A DNA stretch of 64,000 nucleotides from a virus (taxonomy: Duplodnaviria; Heunggongvirae; Uroviricota; Caudoviricetes): the IMG/VR virus record IMGVR_UViG_3300035208_001992; one strand, 5' to 3'. Positions 19,021-27,874 of this stretch are shown here, in pieces. A program made the position numbers and the translations under genes. The notes under the pieces were generated by a model, which was not told the DNA's origin, did no database searches, and saw only the letters and a list, made by a program, of their open reading frames with translations. The first letter of the stretch is position 1, and each line of letters opens with the position of its first letter.

Positions 19021-20211
19021 TCATCGAATAGCTGACTTGACTAGCTGCATGAATTCCTTGCAATAGGCACTGTGGTCAAACTCTGTCACCGACTGTGACG
19101 TTCGCACTAAGTCGAGCAACAGCTGTGGAGAACGTTTGACTTGACGAAGTACTTTTGCAACGTGCTCTCGATCAGAGGCGTACAGCCACTTCGACAATGA
19201 CTTGTGATTGCCATACACGCGACGTTGTGGATCCAATGCAGAGTCGATGAGCGTCAGCGTACCAGCAAGCAAACTTTCGTATGTGCGATGCGGTACAACG
19301 TCACTATCATAGTAGATCGGGTCGCCGATCACTACGTGCGCAAGCATTCGTTGATTCTTCGCCAACATGTCGTTGTAAGGGACCATCGGACCGAATGTTG
19401 GAGGTCTTAGTCCTTCATATTCGACATGCTTGTTCTGCACCTTAGTGCTATCGAAGTCCTTGCGAGTTATCTTGCCGAACATCTCGACTGAGATGTCTTT
19501 TGGATAGCCCCAATAGAAGTCGATCATCTTCTGCGCGCGAGATCCATCGCGCATTGTGCCGCCATAGGAAAGATCGACTTCACGATCTCGCAATGGTAGC
19601 ACTGACACGCCGCCTTGCTTGAGAAAGGCATTTGAAAACGCAACGACCTTTTCAAACGCGAACGGCAGGTACTGATGGCCAGGAATGCCGTGCTTCAACT
19701 TCGATACGCGATGACTGTACCATGCCGTGTTGAACGTCTGACAGATGTAGGTCACGTCACGGCGCTTCACGACAATGTCTGACTCGCGATACTTGTTGGC
19801 CCATGACTTATAGCGAATCCAACGCCATGACTGCTGAAACGGAAGTGCTGGGTCACACAGGATGTAGACCAGAGGGCATCGAATCCTGTTGATGATGAAC
19901 ATGTTAGCAGTCTGCTTCTCGAAGTCGTCTTTACCACCGAAGTAATTCAGATTGCCGTTCATGATGATGCAGACGTCGAAATTCATTCGCCGGACTGAAT
20001 CGATGCAGTCGGCCATGTGCAGCCACTTGATGCGCTTCGAGTCGACGGCCTTGTCGCTCTCCAAGATCTTCGTGAAGACCGTGATCTCATTACGTGGATC
20101 TGCTTGGAGAAGCATGTTCATCACAGCATGCGTCTCACCAATCGAGACCTGTACGTTGCGCTCGTCACTTGGTGTGACTCGGCCACCTAATTTCAATAGT
20201 GCAATTTTCAT
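19021..20211 (-). CDS. putative glycosyltransferase (GT-B fold, GT1/GT4-like C-terminal motif)
   Basis: HVVIGDPIYYDSDVVPHRTYESLLAGTLTLID resembles the GT-B E-x7-E acceptor/donor motif. It sits next to the sugar-activation genes. Confidence 0.4.
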   Translation of the reverse strand: MKIALLKLGGRVTPSDERNVQVSIGETHAVMNMLLQADPRNEITVFTKILESDKAVDSKRIKWLHMADCIDSVRRMNFDVCIIMNGNLNYFGGKDDFEKQTANMFIINRIRCPLVYILCDPALPFQQSWRWIRYKSWANKYRESDIVVKRRDVTYICQTFNTAWYSHRVSKLKHGIPGHQYLPFAFEKVVAFSNAFLKQGGVSVLPLRDREVDLSYGGTMRDGSRAQKMIDFYWGYPKDISVEMFGKITRKDFDSTKVQNKHVEYEGLRPPTFGPMVPYNDMLAKNQRMLAHVVIGDPIYYDSDVVPHRTYESLLAGTLTLIDSALDPQRRVYGNHKSLSKWLYASDREHVAKVLRQVKRSPQLLLDLVRTSQSVTEFDHSAYCKEFMQLVKSAIR

Positions 20212-20774
20212 GGTTGCCTCATGACGTAGGTGCTCAACAAGCTGCGATCAAACAGATTGATGAGCAAGTTTTCAACAAGGTTTGTGAATGCTCCTTGATG
20301 CGGTGCAACATAGGCTGTACTCGACATCTTTGCGCGTACCAAACGCTGTAAGCATTCTGGAGCAGCGTCTGTGGTACCAATTGCGCAACAGCCTTGTCCA
20401 GGTTGTCCAACTGAATCAAAGATCTCAGCGTCTGGTAGATCATCGCCAAAGTAGAAAAAGCTGAAGTTAGACTCAGACATGCGATACCGTGTGTTGAGCC
20501 AATTTGCTTTCGACTCGTTGCCGCAATGATAAAGCTCTACGAAGTCCCCTAATTGAAGATCTTCGACGCGCTTTTGCACCACTTGAAAGCCAGGACCACC
20601 GTCGCCTGTGAGGATGATGATCTTGTCAATGATGTCGCGATGCTTCTCTTTGAGTAGCCTCATTGTGATCGAGTCATTGACGTAGAAGTGCTTTTCAGCT
20701 TTGCCAGTGGCATTGTATGTGAAGTACGGCGTCGTAAGAATGCCGTCACAATCTGTCACGATGGTGAAGCTCAT
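20208..20774 (-). CDS. KdsC-family HAD phosphatase (sugar-phosphate phosphatase)
   Basis: MSFTIVTDCDGILTTPYFTYNATGKAEKHFYVNDSITMR matches the KdsC block DVDGVLTDGxxyydxxGxexKxFnvrDG, and ILTGDGG follows. Start moved to the Met that overlaps the upstream stop as ATGA. Confidence 0.6.
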   Translation of the reverse strand: MSFTIVTDCDGILTTPYFTYNATGKAEKHFYVNDSITMRLLKEKHRDIIDKIIILTGDGGPGFQVVQKRVEDLQLGDFVELYHCGNESKANWLNTRYRMSESNFSFFYFGDDLPDAEIFDSVGQPGQGCCAIGTTDAAPECLQRLVRAKMSSTAYVAPHQGAFTNLVENLLINLFDRSLLSTYVMRQP

Positions 20775-22438
20775 TTTGTTCCTTTGTCCGCTAGGTAGAA
20801 CTTGTTTGCGAGAAGCGCACCATGGTGCAATGCTGCAAACGCCTTGATCGGATTGTTTGACGAGTACGCTGCGAGATTCAGCCAAATCAGCGCAACCCAA
20901 CGCTGACGAATGTCAGAGCTAATCACAGCGTTGATCCAAGCAAGTTGGCCATCTGAGAAGCATTCGTATTGCGGCATCTTGAAGCTAACAGACCGACCTT
21001 CAAGCGTATCGAGTTTGAAGAGCTTGGCACTGTTGAACAGATCGTAACCGCTCAAGCTGTACAAGATCTTTGCGTAGTCATAGTCGAAAAGACCCAAGAT
21101 ACCTTGATGATTGCCAAAGTACCCACGTGGGTCGATGAGTGTGATTGGCCCATTGCTGTATTGACCAGTGACTAGAGCATTTGAGAAATTGCAGTCACCG
21201 TGGATTGGCCCGATGCTGCGGTCGAAGTCTGGGCCAGACAATGCACGGTAGTACTCGAAGATCGACTCACCAAGATGCTCTGCAAGCTCGTCGATTGGCG
21301 CTGCTAGCGTCACGCCATTGACTTCGTTCACGTTCGACCTGATGTTGTCAGTGATCGACAGAGCCTTAGTGATACGATGACTGGTCTTGACTGTCGTTTC
21401 TTGACGAATATCTTTGAGCGAGTCCAAGCGTGACTGACGCGCGCTTGTCGATAGATCATGAATTGAGTGGACAGCTTTGATATGCCGTGCAACCAGAGAA
21501 ACGCGATCACGACCTGACGGGTCTGCCATGTTCAATATCGCGTTAGCGACTGTTTCGCCGTGGATGCGCTCCATCATAAACCCGTCACTGTCTGATGCGT
21601 TCAACTTGCACCAGACTTCTGCAACGCGTGGATGAGATCCTTCGCACTGAGCTATTTGCTTGTACCAATTGATCTCGCGCACGCTGAGAACTCGACCAAG
21701 TTCATTCAGTGGTCTCTTGTGCATGATCTTGCGTTCACCAATTGCATTGAATGGACGCGTGACATAGTCAGTCTCAAGTTTTGCTGTGCTTTCCAACTTG
21801 TCAATGTCGCCGACGTCTCTGAGCTCATAGCCCATCTGGCCGATGCGGAACTCGTCAAGCCTTGCGTCGTGACTCAACTGTGTGATCACGTCGACGAAGT
21901 CATCACCGTTGTTGTAGCTGAACGGCTTGAACTCTGGAACGTGATAAATGCCAACAACGTTGCCACAATTGTCGTCAAGCTTTATGACTTCGCCTGTGTT
22001 GTGACGATACCGATATCGGCATGATGCATCGTGCTGTGTGAACACTGTTGGCCTGTTAGATTCGCCAATCTGAATCTTGGATGTGAGTCGCGTGCTGAAA
22101 TAGATGTCACTCCATGTGATCAACACAGGCTTGCCATCCATCATGTCAGCTGCGCCGTGCATCAGTGCATATGCTGTACCAAATGGCTCGTCAACGTATT
22201 CGACAGAAACGTTGACCAATGGCAGATGTTCTGCAAGAAACGCTTTGATCAGCGCGATGAACGAGCTATGGCAAATGATTCTATAGTGCTTTTCGACGCC
22301 GTACGTGTCAATAATGCGTTCAAGAACTGTCTTAGATCCGATGTTCACTAAGACCTTTGGAATGCCATTCACAACCGATCCCATGCGCGTTGCGAGACCG
22401 GCTGCCACAATTATCACGCGATCAGCGTTGTCAATCAT
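20771..22438 (-). CDS. bifunctional sugar-phosphate nucleotidyltransferase (LicC/GlmU-like) / APH-choline-kinase-like kinase
   Basis: N-terminus VIIVAAGLATRMGSVVNGIPKVLVNIGSKTVLERI carries the G-x-G-T-R-(L/M) NTP-transferase signature. The C-terminal half has IHGDCNFSNALV (HGDxxxxN catalytic loop of APH/choline kinases) and a DPR(G) motif. Confidence 0.65.
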   Translation of the reverse strand: MIDNADRVIIVAAGLATRMGSVVNGIPKVLVNIGSKTVLERIIDTYGVEKHYRIICHSSFIALIKAFLAEHLPLVNVSVEYVDEPFGTAYALMHGAADMMDGKPVLITWSDIYFSTRLTSKIQIGESNRPTVFTQHDASCRYRYRHNTGEVIKLDDNCGNVVGIYHVPEFKPFSYNNGDDFVDVITQLSHDARLDEFRIGQMGYELRDVGDIDKLESTAKLETDYVTRPFNAIGERKIMHKRPLNELGRVLSVREINWYKQIAQCEGSHPRVAEVWCKLNASDSDGFMMERIHGETVANAILNMADPSGRDRVSLVARHIKAVHSIHDLSTSARQSRLDSLKDIRQETTVKTSHRITKALSITDNIRSNVNEVNGVTLAAPIDELAEHLGESIFEYYRALSGPDFDRSIGPIHGDCNFSNALVTGQYSNGPITLIDPRGYFGNHQGILGLFDYDYAKILYSLSGYDLFNSAKLFKLDTLEGRSVSFKMPQYECFSDGQLAWINAVISSDIRQRWVALIWLNLAAYSSNNPIKAFAALHHGALLANKFYLADKGTK

Positions 22439-23070
22439 TTCGATTCATCTCCGAGTTCAGAACGAAGCTTCTCGCCAAGAGAGCCATTCGGGTGGTAGCG
22501 CAAAAAGTCGCGAGGTGACCAACCAACGCGATGCGAAAGCACGACAGATATTGTATCTAACGCGCACAGAAGCGTTGTTGTCGATGACGTTGGAGCAAGT
22601 TGATACTCGTCACCTTCAACGACATCGCCGCAATGCAGTACGCGGCTGAAATGATGTTGCTGGTCAAACGAGCTATTGAGATGCAACAGCAATTGATAGA
22701 CTTCTGGCTTAATGCTCTTTATGTGCTGTGCACATGCGAGCAATTCAGCTGTCTTGCCTGACTTGGAAATGTAGATGATCGCGTCGTGCGGTCCAACAAA
22801 TCCGTAGTCGCCATGTGATGCATGAGACACGTTTAGCGCAAGACTCGGTAGTCCAATCGACACCATTGTCTCTGCGATCTTCGCTGCGATGTTAGCATTC
22901 TTGCCAACGCCAGCGATGATGATGCGATGCGAGTAGTCATTGAATCGCGAAAGCTCATCAATCACTTGTTGAAACTCGAGTGTCGTAACCATGCGTTGCA
23001 GATTCGTGATGCCTTGCAATTGGTTGTTGACGCAGTTCACTGCAAGTGCTAGTTCTTCAGCTTTTAGCAT
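22435..23070 (-). CDS. single-domain SIS sugar-phosphate isomerase, KdsD/KpsF (arabinose-5-phosphate isomerase)-like
   Basis: IIIAGVGKNANIAAKIAETMVSIG, HASHGDYGFV, YISKSGKTAELL and LAPTSSTTTLLCALD...FLRYHPNGSLGEKL parallel the KdsD blocks GMGKSGHIGRKMAATFASTG, HGDLGMV, ISNSGES and APTSSTTATL...HPGGALGRKL. No CBS domains. Start set at MLKAEEL behind a strong GGAGGAAAT SD. Confidence 0.65.
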   Translation of the reverse strand: MLKAEELALAVNCVNNQLQGITNLQRMVTTLEFQQVIDELSRFNDYSHRIIIAGVGKNANIAAKIAETMVSIGLPSLALNVSHASHGDYGFVGPHDAIIYISKSGKTAELLACAQHIKSIKPEVYQLLLHLNSSFDQQHHFSRVLHCGDVVEGDEYQLAPTSSTTTLLCALDTISVVLSHRVGWSPRDFLRYHPNGSLGEKLRSELGDESK

Positions 23071-23119
23071 ATTTCCTCCAGGCAGCCGCAAATGAGGCTG
23101 CTCATTGGAGAATTGATTT

Positions 23120-23371
23120 TTAGTCTGCACGGTCGGCAGCATCTCCATTGACGCGCGCCTCAAGCAGCTTTACTGTTGGGCCAAATTCTGGCCAATCGCT
23201 CTCAATCACGATCACACCAAGCTCTGACTTGCCGTCATGAGCGCGTCCGACGCTGATCTTGCGCATGATGACAGACAAAGCTTGACAATCAGCAGTGTTC
23301 AAGTACTTCTCTGCATCGCTACCTTTGACAACTACATATCGTGGTTCTAGTTTGAATGCTGGTTTCGCCAT
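23120..23371 (-). CDS. hypothetical protein
   Basis: 83-aa ORF with a CTATTTACAAGG upstream motif. Confidence 0.45.
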   Translation of the reverse strand: MAKPAFKLEPRYVVVKGSDAEKYLNTADCQALSVIMRKISVGRAHDGKSELGVIVIESDWPEFGPTVKLLEARVNGDAADRAD

Positions 23372-23424
23372 TGAGCCCTCTGTGGTTGTCTATTCTATTT
23401 ACAAGGCACGATGTTTACAACGCG

Positions 23425-23811
23425 TTAACATGGGTCTTCAACTGGAGTCAAGCGTCGCACAAGAATCATGAAGCCTATGTCAGGTGACTTGAAATTGATG
23501 CCAGCGTTTCCGTTCGTGCATACACTGTAATCGATTGGTGACTGACCGCTCTTAGTATACAACAGCACGGGATGCTCGAACTTGCGCATGTTGTACAACC
23601 AAGTCTTGCACGGTTCATGCACAAACTGCATTGACGCTACTTGTCCTGGAGCGCACAAGCCCAAGATTTGCGCAAAGCACTCATTGCGCAGTTGCTTGAG
23701 TTCAGCCTTTCCATATTGAGCGTCAGTGCAGTAATGCATCTTGACATCAACCCACCAATCGAGCTGGAACGCCGTGTATGCTAACGCGTTGATCGCTAAA
23801 TTGTCGATCAT
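23425..23811 (-). CDS. hypothetical protein
   Basis: 128-aa ORF. Confidence 0.45.
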   Translation of the reverse strand: MIDNLAINALAYTAFQLDWWVDVKMHYCTDAQYGKAELKQLRNECFAQILGLCAPGQVASMQFVHEPCKTWLYNMRKFEHPVLLYTKSGQSPIDYSVCTNGNAGINFKSPDIGFMILVRRLTPVEDPC

Positions 23812-24035
23812 GATCTTATCATGGTCAATACGTCGATGACCATGCCGTCAGCGTCAGCTGCTAAGTAACCAGCGCCGCCGCTCAGACACTTCATGTTATT
23901 GAACCAGTAGATTTTAGTGCCGGTTGGTTGCTTACTAAGCCAGTCATCTGTGCGCTTGCTACCTGGCTCAATTTCGACTTCTTTCAACTCACGGAAATCT
24001 TCTTTGAGCTCTGCAATATTTGACCCTCGAATCAT
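23808..24035 (-). CDS. hypothetical protein
   Basis: 75-aa ORF with a 4-nt overlap. Confidence 0.4.
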   Translation of the reverse strand: MIRGSNIAELKEDFRELKEVEIEPGSKRTDDWLSKQPTGTKIYWFNNMKCLSGGAGYLAADADGMVIDVLTMIRS

Positions 24036-24274
24036 GATTTGCCTCCAGCTGGATATTCAATGCAGTTCTTGCACCATGCCTTAGTTGCAACTTCTGAATC
24101 TAGCAACTTGATCTGATCACGATCGCGTGACGACATATGTCCATCAGCAAGCCAACGGATCGTGTAGAAATCGTAGCCGTGAATCATGTGATCGATTGCA
24201 ATGATCGCTATGGCATCAAGGTCTGTGTCTTCAACGTCTGCAATGAAGCTACCGATTTTTAGTCTCTCAGTCAT
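24032..24274 (-). CDS. hypothetical protein
   Basis: 80-aa ORF with a 4-nt overlap. Confidence 0.4.
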   Translation of the reverse strand: MTERLKIGSFIADVEDTDLDAIAIIAIDHMIHGYDFYTIRWLADGHMSSRDRDQIKLLDSEVATKAWCKNCIEYPAGGKS

Positions 24275-25548
24275 CCGAAGCGACCTCCCATGATTTGTCC
24301 AGCTGCGCCCATCCTGCTAGCAAGTTCAGTGATGGCCATGCGCAGATTGGTTACCTCACGCACAAGCACAGAGCTTGTATGAAATGGCAGAACTTCAGCT
24401 AACTGGTCAACCCAGTGCGCGTATTCTTGCTTACTCAACTGCTGAGACTTGTCGATCTCATTTTCGCTTTCTTCAAGAATGCGATTGATGATTTCGTCGT
24501 AGCCGATCTCTTTGGCTATTGCTTCAAGCACGCTGTTTTCGACGCTGAATCGATTTTGGAGATTATCGGTACCCCATGACTTGCATCGCTGATAATCGAG
24601 CGGCGACATGTATATCAACGCTGTAAACGTAGTTGCAGGCTTCACAGATTCGTCATAAATTGATGACGTCGACTTGCACATGCGAGTCTTCAAATTTGCG
24701 AGACTTTGCGTAGCTTGGACATACCCAGGCCAACGCAATCCTGAATTGAACGTTGCTTTTGATTGTGATTTATTGCTATAGTCTCCAGCATAGTCATTGC
24801 TGTTCGAATTTTGCTGATCTGCTATGATAGTTAGCAGTGAGTGCAGCACGAACGAGAGCATACTAGCATGATCTGCATAGGCAAAGTCAAATGATTCAAT
24901 CTCTTCAAGCCATGTTTTGATATGACGGCGTTGAGCTATGTAGTAAGCAACATAGCCGCTGTCATCAGTCTCCGTCGGCATGATCGAGATGAGATATTCG
25001 TCGATGACTGCTCGAGATTTTGCCACGTACTTTTCCATGTACTTGCGCATTGCTGCGTAGATCTCAGAAACGATTTGCTTTGTTACGCTGGTCGGATGCA
25101 CGTAGCGACGCGTTATCCCAACATCGTACTTTAGAGTAATGAACTGATAAGAATCACCTGGCAGACACTTCAATGAAGTGCTGTTGCTATGAGACAACGA
25201 CAATGGCGCGCATCCGTCGCTGTTGTTAGACGCGGCGAACATCTGATCTATGAATGACAATTCAGGAGTTTCGTACTCGTAAACTGGTACTGCAGCGCAT
25301 GACTGCTGGATATTGTTGCTAAGGCAAGAAACAGCAGCCTCGGTCAGCAGTGACTCGTAAAAGTGATAATGACTGTCACTGCTTGAATCATGATAGAGGC
25401 GTTCGCCAAAGATAGCTGGACGGCTCATTTTCTTTTGTACAGCACGCACGATGTCACGAACAACAAGTGCGTTGATCGTTGCTTGGCCTTGTGTAGTCAT
25501 GAATGATTGCATTGATCTCTCCTTCAGCCGCCAAAGCGGCTTATACAA
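24271..25548 (-). CDS. hypothetical protein
   Basis: 425-aa ORF; no motif recognised. Confidence 0.5.
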   Translation of the reverse strand: MYKPLWRLKERSMQSFMTTQGQATINALVVRDIVRAVQKKMSRPAIFGERLYHDSSSDSHYHFYESLLTEAAVSCLSNNIQQSCAAVPVYEYETPELSFIDQMFAASNNSDGCAPLSLSHSNSTSLKCLPGDSYQFITLKYDVGITRRYVHPTSVTKQIVSEIYAAMRKYMEKYVAKSRAVIDEYLISIMPTETDDSGYVAYYIAQRRHIKTWLEEIESFDFAYADHASMLSFVLHSLLTIIADQQNSNSNDYAGDYSNKSQSKATFNSGLRWPGYVQATQSLANLKTRMCKSTSSIYDESVKPATTFTALIYMSPLDYQRCKSWGTDNLQNRFSVENSVLEAIAKEIGYDEIINRILEESENEIDKSQQLSKQEYAHWVDQLAEVLPFHTSSVLVREVTNLRMAITELASRMGAAGQIMGGRFG

Positions 25549-26249
25549 GCGTGTGATCTGAAGTAGCTGTTCTCAGCGTTACTTGCTGCTTTCAATTCTT
25601 CTGGCATACGCTGAGGAAGATGACAGTATTTGGACTGCGACCGATGAATCATGAAGTTGCATTCTGCGCTGCAGCAGCGTGAGTCATTGCGCATTACTGA
25701 AATCGCGTCACGCGTCACAGCATTGACGCATAGCACTGTTTTGTGATAGTCAACTACGAACTGCGCGATGTTTTCAAGCATCACGGTTATTGCATAGTGA
25801 TTCTCTGTAGTTGAACCTACCGTGCCAACAAATTGCACTACGAGCCTGTGAAGATCGCGCGCCAGTTTAGTTGCGTCATTGATGTTCTGCGCTAGCATCA
25901 ACTGCTCGGTCATTGTTTCGATCTTGCTCTGTAGACGCTTGACGCGAAGCATGACAAACGTCAAAGCAGCAGTAATGAACAACGTAAGCACAATTGAGAT
26001 CACGTTAGTTAGCAGAATGCTGTAGCCATGAGCAACGAATCTGAAGCCTACGCTAAAAATCGTCAATGCGAACAATGCCACGATTGACGCGTGCAGCAAT
26101 CTGACGTTGTACAAGCCACGAGCATGCTGCAAGCGCGGTGTCATAAGTGACTTGACTGAACGCAAACTGGATACACAATCTGTCACATATATTGCTCTTA
26201 TGATCGATGTATTTAGGTCGTCATTACTTGTATTCATGCTCATATTCAA
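25524..26249 (-). CDS. 2-TM membrane protein with cytoplasmic domain
   Basis: Two hydrophobic helices (LLHASIVALFALTIFSVGF and ILLTNVISIVLTLFITAALTFVML) followed by a ~140-aa soluble domain. Confidence 0.5.
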   Translation of the reverse strand: MNMSMNTSNDDLNTSIIRAIYVTDCVSSLRSVKSLMTPRLQHARGLYNVRLLHASIVALFALTIFSVGFRFVAHGYSILLTNVISIVLTLFITAALTFVMLRVKRLQSKIETMTEQLMLAQNINDATKLARDLHRLVVQFVGTVGSTTENHYAITVMLENIAQFVVDYHKTVLCVNAVTRDAISVMRNDSRCCSAECNFMIHRSQSKYCHLPQRMPEELKAASNAENSYFRSHACISRFGG

Positions 26250-26809
26250 CCAATCTTCCGTTTGACAATAAGCCGTTGAAATTCTGGAGTGTAGCCGAAG
26301 CCATGCTGACGGACAGAAAAGAAACTGGTCAAGTGCTTGATCACGTACAAGTGACGCGAGCTTATGATCAATGATGCTTCTTCAGTCCCGGTACTTGCTT
26401 TTGCCTGTTCTTGCAACGAACTAAGTACGTCAATCACTTCGTGCGGCGTGCCTGATACGTCAAGACGATCTTTGATTGAGCCGATCAGCGACGAAACGTC
26501 GAGATAGTCACTACCGATTTCCTGCTTCAACTTTGACGCTATATAGCGCACAACGAAGTGATCAATTGCAATCGCGATCATGAACGCATATGCAGTAAGC
26601 TGCATTGCATAGCCATGCGTCTTCGTGAGTGACATGCCACTTATCAATGCTGTGGCAATGCTGCCTAAGCCAAGGCTAAAATATGTGATGATTATGCAAA
26701 TTGCGCGAATGGTGCAGCCACGATGCGTCATGGAGAAAATGCCTGTCGACATCACATCATAGAACGACGAAGCGGTCAGATCTTTGCGTTGCTCAAGCTT
26801 GTAATTCAT
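26246..26809 (-). CDS. 2-TM membrane protein with cytoplasmic domain (same architecture as 25524..26249)
   Basis: Helices TIRAICIIITYFSLGLGSIATALI and AMQLTAYAFMIAIAI followed by a soluble domain. Confidence 0.5.
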   Translation of the reverse strand: MNYKLEQRKDLTASSFYDVMSTGIFSMTHRGCTIRAICIIITYFSLGLGSIATALISGMSLTKTHGYAMQLTAYAFMIAIAIDHFVVRYIASKLKQEIGSDYLDVSSLIGSIKDRLDVSGTPHEVIDVLSSLQEQAKASTGTEEASLIISSRHLYVIKHLTSFFSVRQHGFGYTPEFQRLIVKRKIG

Positions 26810-27483
26810 GCGACTGCTTTCCCTTCCAAAATAGTGTCAATCACAATCCCACAATATTCAGGCGATTCAAGCATCACTCTTAAGCGTTTGACACGCTCAG
26901 TCTCTTTAGGACTGTCCATGATGCCTTTGCGCTGTTCAGCTTGCCAGATCACGTGCAGCAACGCATTCGACTTCTCTTTGCCGCCGCATGTTAGCAATTT
27001 CACTAAAAGTGCTTTGTAGTCTGGCTCGATTCCAGCAGTTGTATTTCCTGGAGTCAGCTGCACAACACCAGGCGACACGAGGTCGAAGAAGACATCAGCG
27101 CTTGACAGCATATATTCGTCAATGAGCTCGACGACTCCGTTGTTGGTGCCAACAACGCGATATGACAGATTAGGAATCAGAACGCCGTGTGAGTCGGTAC
27201 TAAATTGCGCAGTGACGAAATGGTCTTGAAAGAACCGATGACCTCTGTCACCAATGTTTGTGAACTCAAGCATAGCGTTAGCGCCAGAAACGACTTCCTT
27301 CCTGTAAGGAGCGTCCTCAGCGTCGAGCTTTGCCAAGTAAGCTGGATCGACACGTTGGATGATGTTTGTCGCAATGCGTTTACGAGTCGTGATCATTGTG
27401 TGGCTCCAAGTAGTTTGAGTGCTTTGTCCAAAGCTGATGACAAGCAGTCGCCAAGACCACTGCGTGAACAGATACGTATACAA
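26806..27483 (-). CDS. hypothetical protein
   Basis: 225-aa ORF. Confidence 0.45.
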   Translation of the reverse strand: MYTYLFTQWSWRLLVISFGQSTQTTWSHTMITTRKRIATNIIQRVDPAYLAKLDAEDAPYRKEVVSGANAMLEFTNIGDRGHRFFQDHFVTAQFSTDSHGVLIPNLSYRVVGTNNGVVELIDEYMLSSADVFFDLVSPGVVQLTPGNTTAGIEPDYKALLVKLLTCGGKEKSNALLHVIWQAEQRKGIMDSPKETERVKRLRVMLESPEYCGIVIDTILEGKAVA

Positions 27484-27860
27484 TGACTGTCCAAATCAGA
27501 ATCATGCGTGTAGTGCACGGCCTCATCGTCAATGATCAGGTAGTGCTTCACGTCTGGATGCGTATCTAACCAAGCGCGAGTTGCTTTACCACGATGTATG
27601 ATCTCAGGATCGAGCGTGCCGATGATGCATACATGAGATCGCGAATCGCTTCTTAGCAAAAGCTGTTTGATCGCTTCAAGCGGCATAGTGAAACGAGCAG
27701 CAGAACATATCACAATCTGCGCGTTGCTTGACTCAGCCAATTCATCAAGCACAGCTATGCTCTTTGGATCGAGCTCAGGCATGCTATGGATTCGAGTTGA
27801 CAAGTAGCTTATCGGATCTAGCACACCGCCGATATCGAGAAATATGACAGGTTGTGACAT
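27393..27860 (-). CDS. hypothetical protein, weak HAD-like features
   Basis: VIFLDIGGVL and LIIDDEAV; motif I is not canonical (DIGG rather than DxDG). Confidence 0.35.
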   Translation of the reverse strand: MSQPVIFLDIGGVLDPISYLSTRIHSMPELDPKSIAVLDELAESSNAQIVICSAARFTMPLEAIKQLLLRSDSRSHVCIIGTLDPEIIHRGKATRAWLDTHPDVKHYLIIDDEAVHYTHDSDLDSHCIRICSRSGLGDCLSSALDKALKLLGATQ

Positions 27861-27874
27861 GATCTGCCTCCTAG

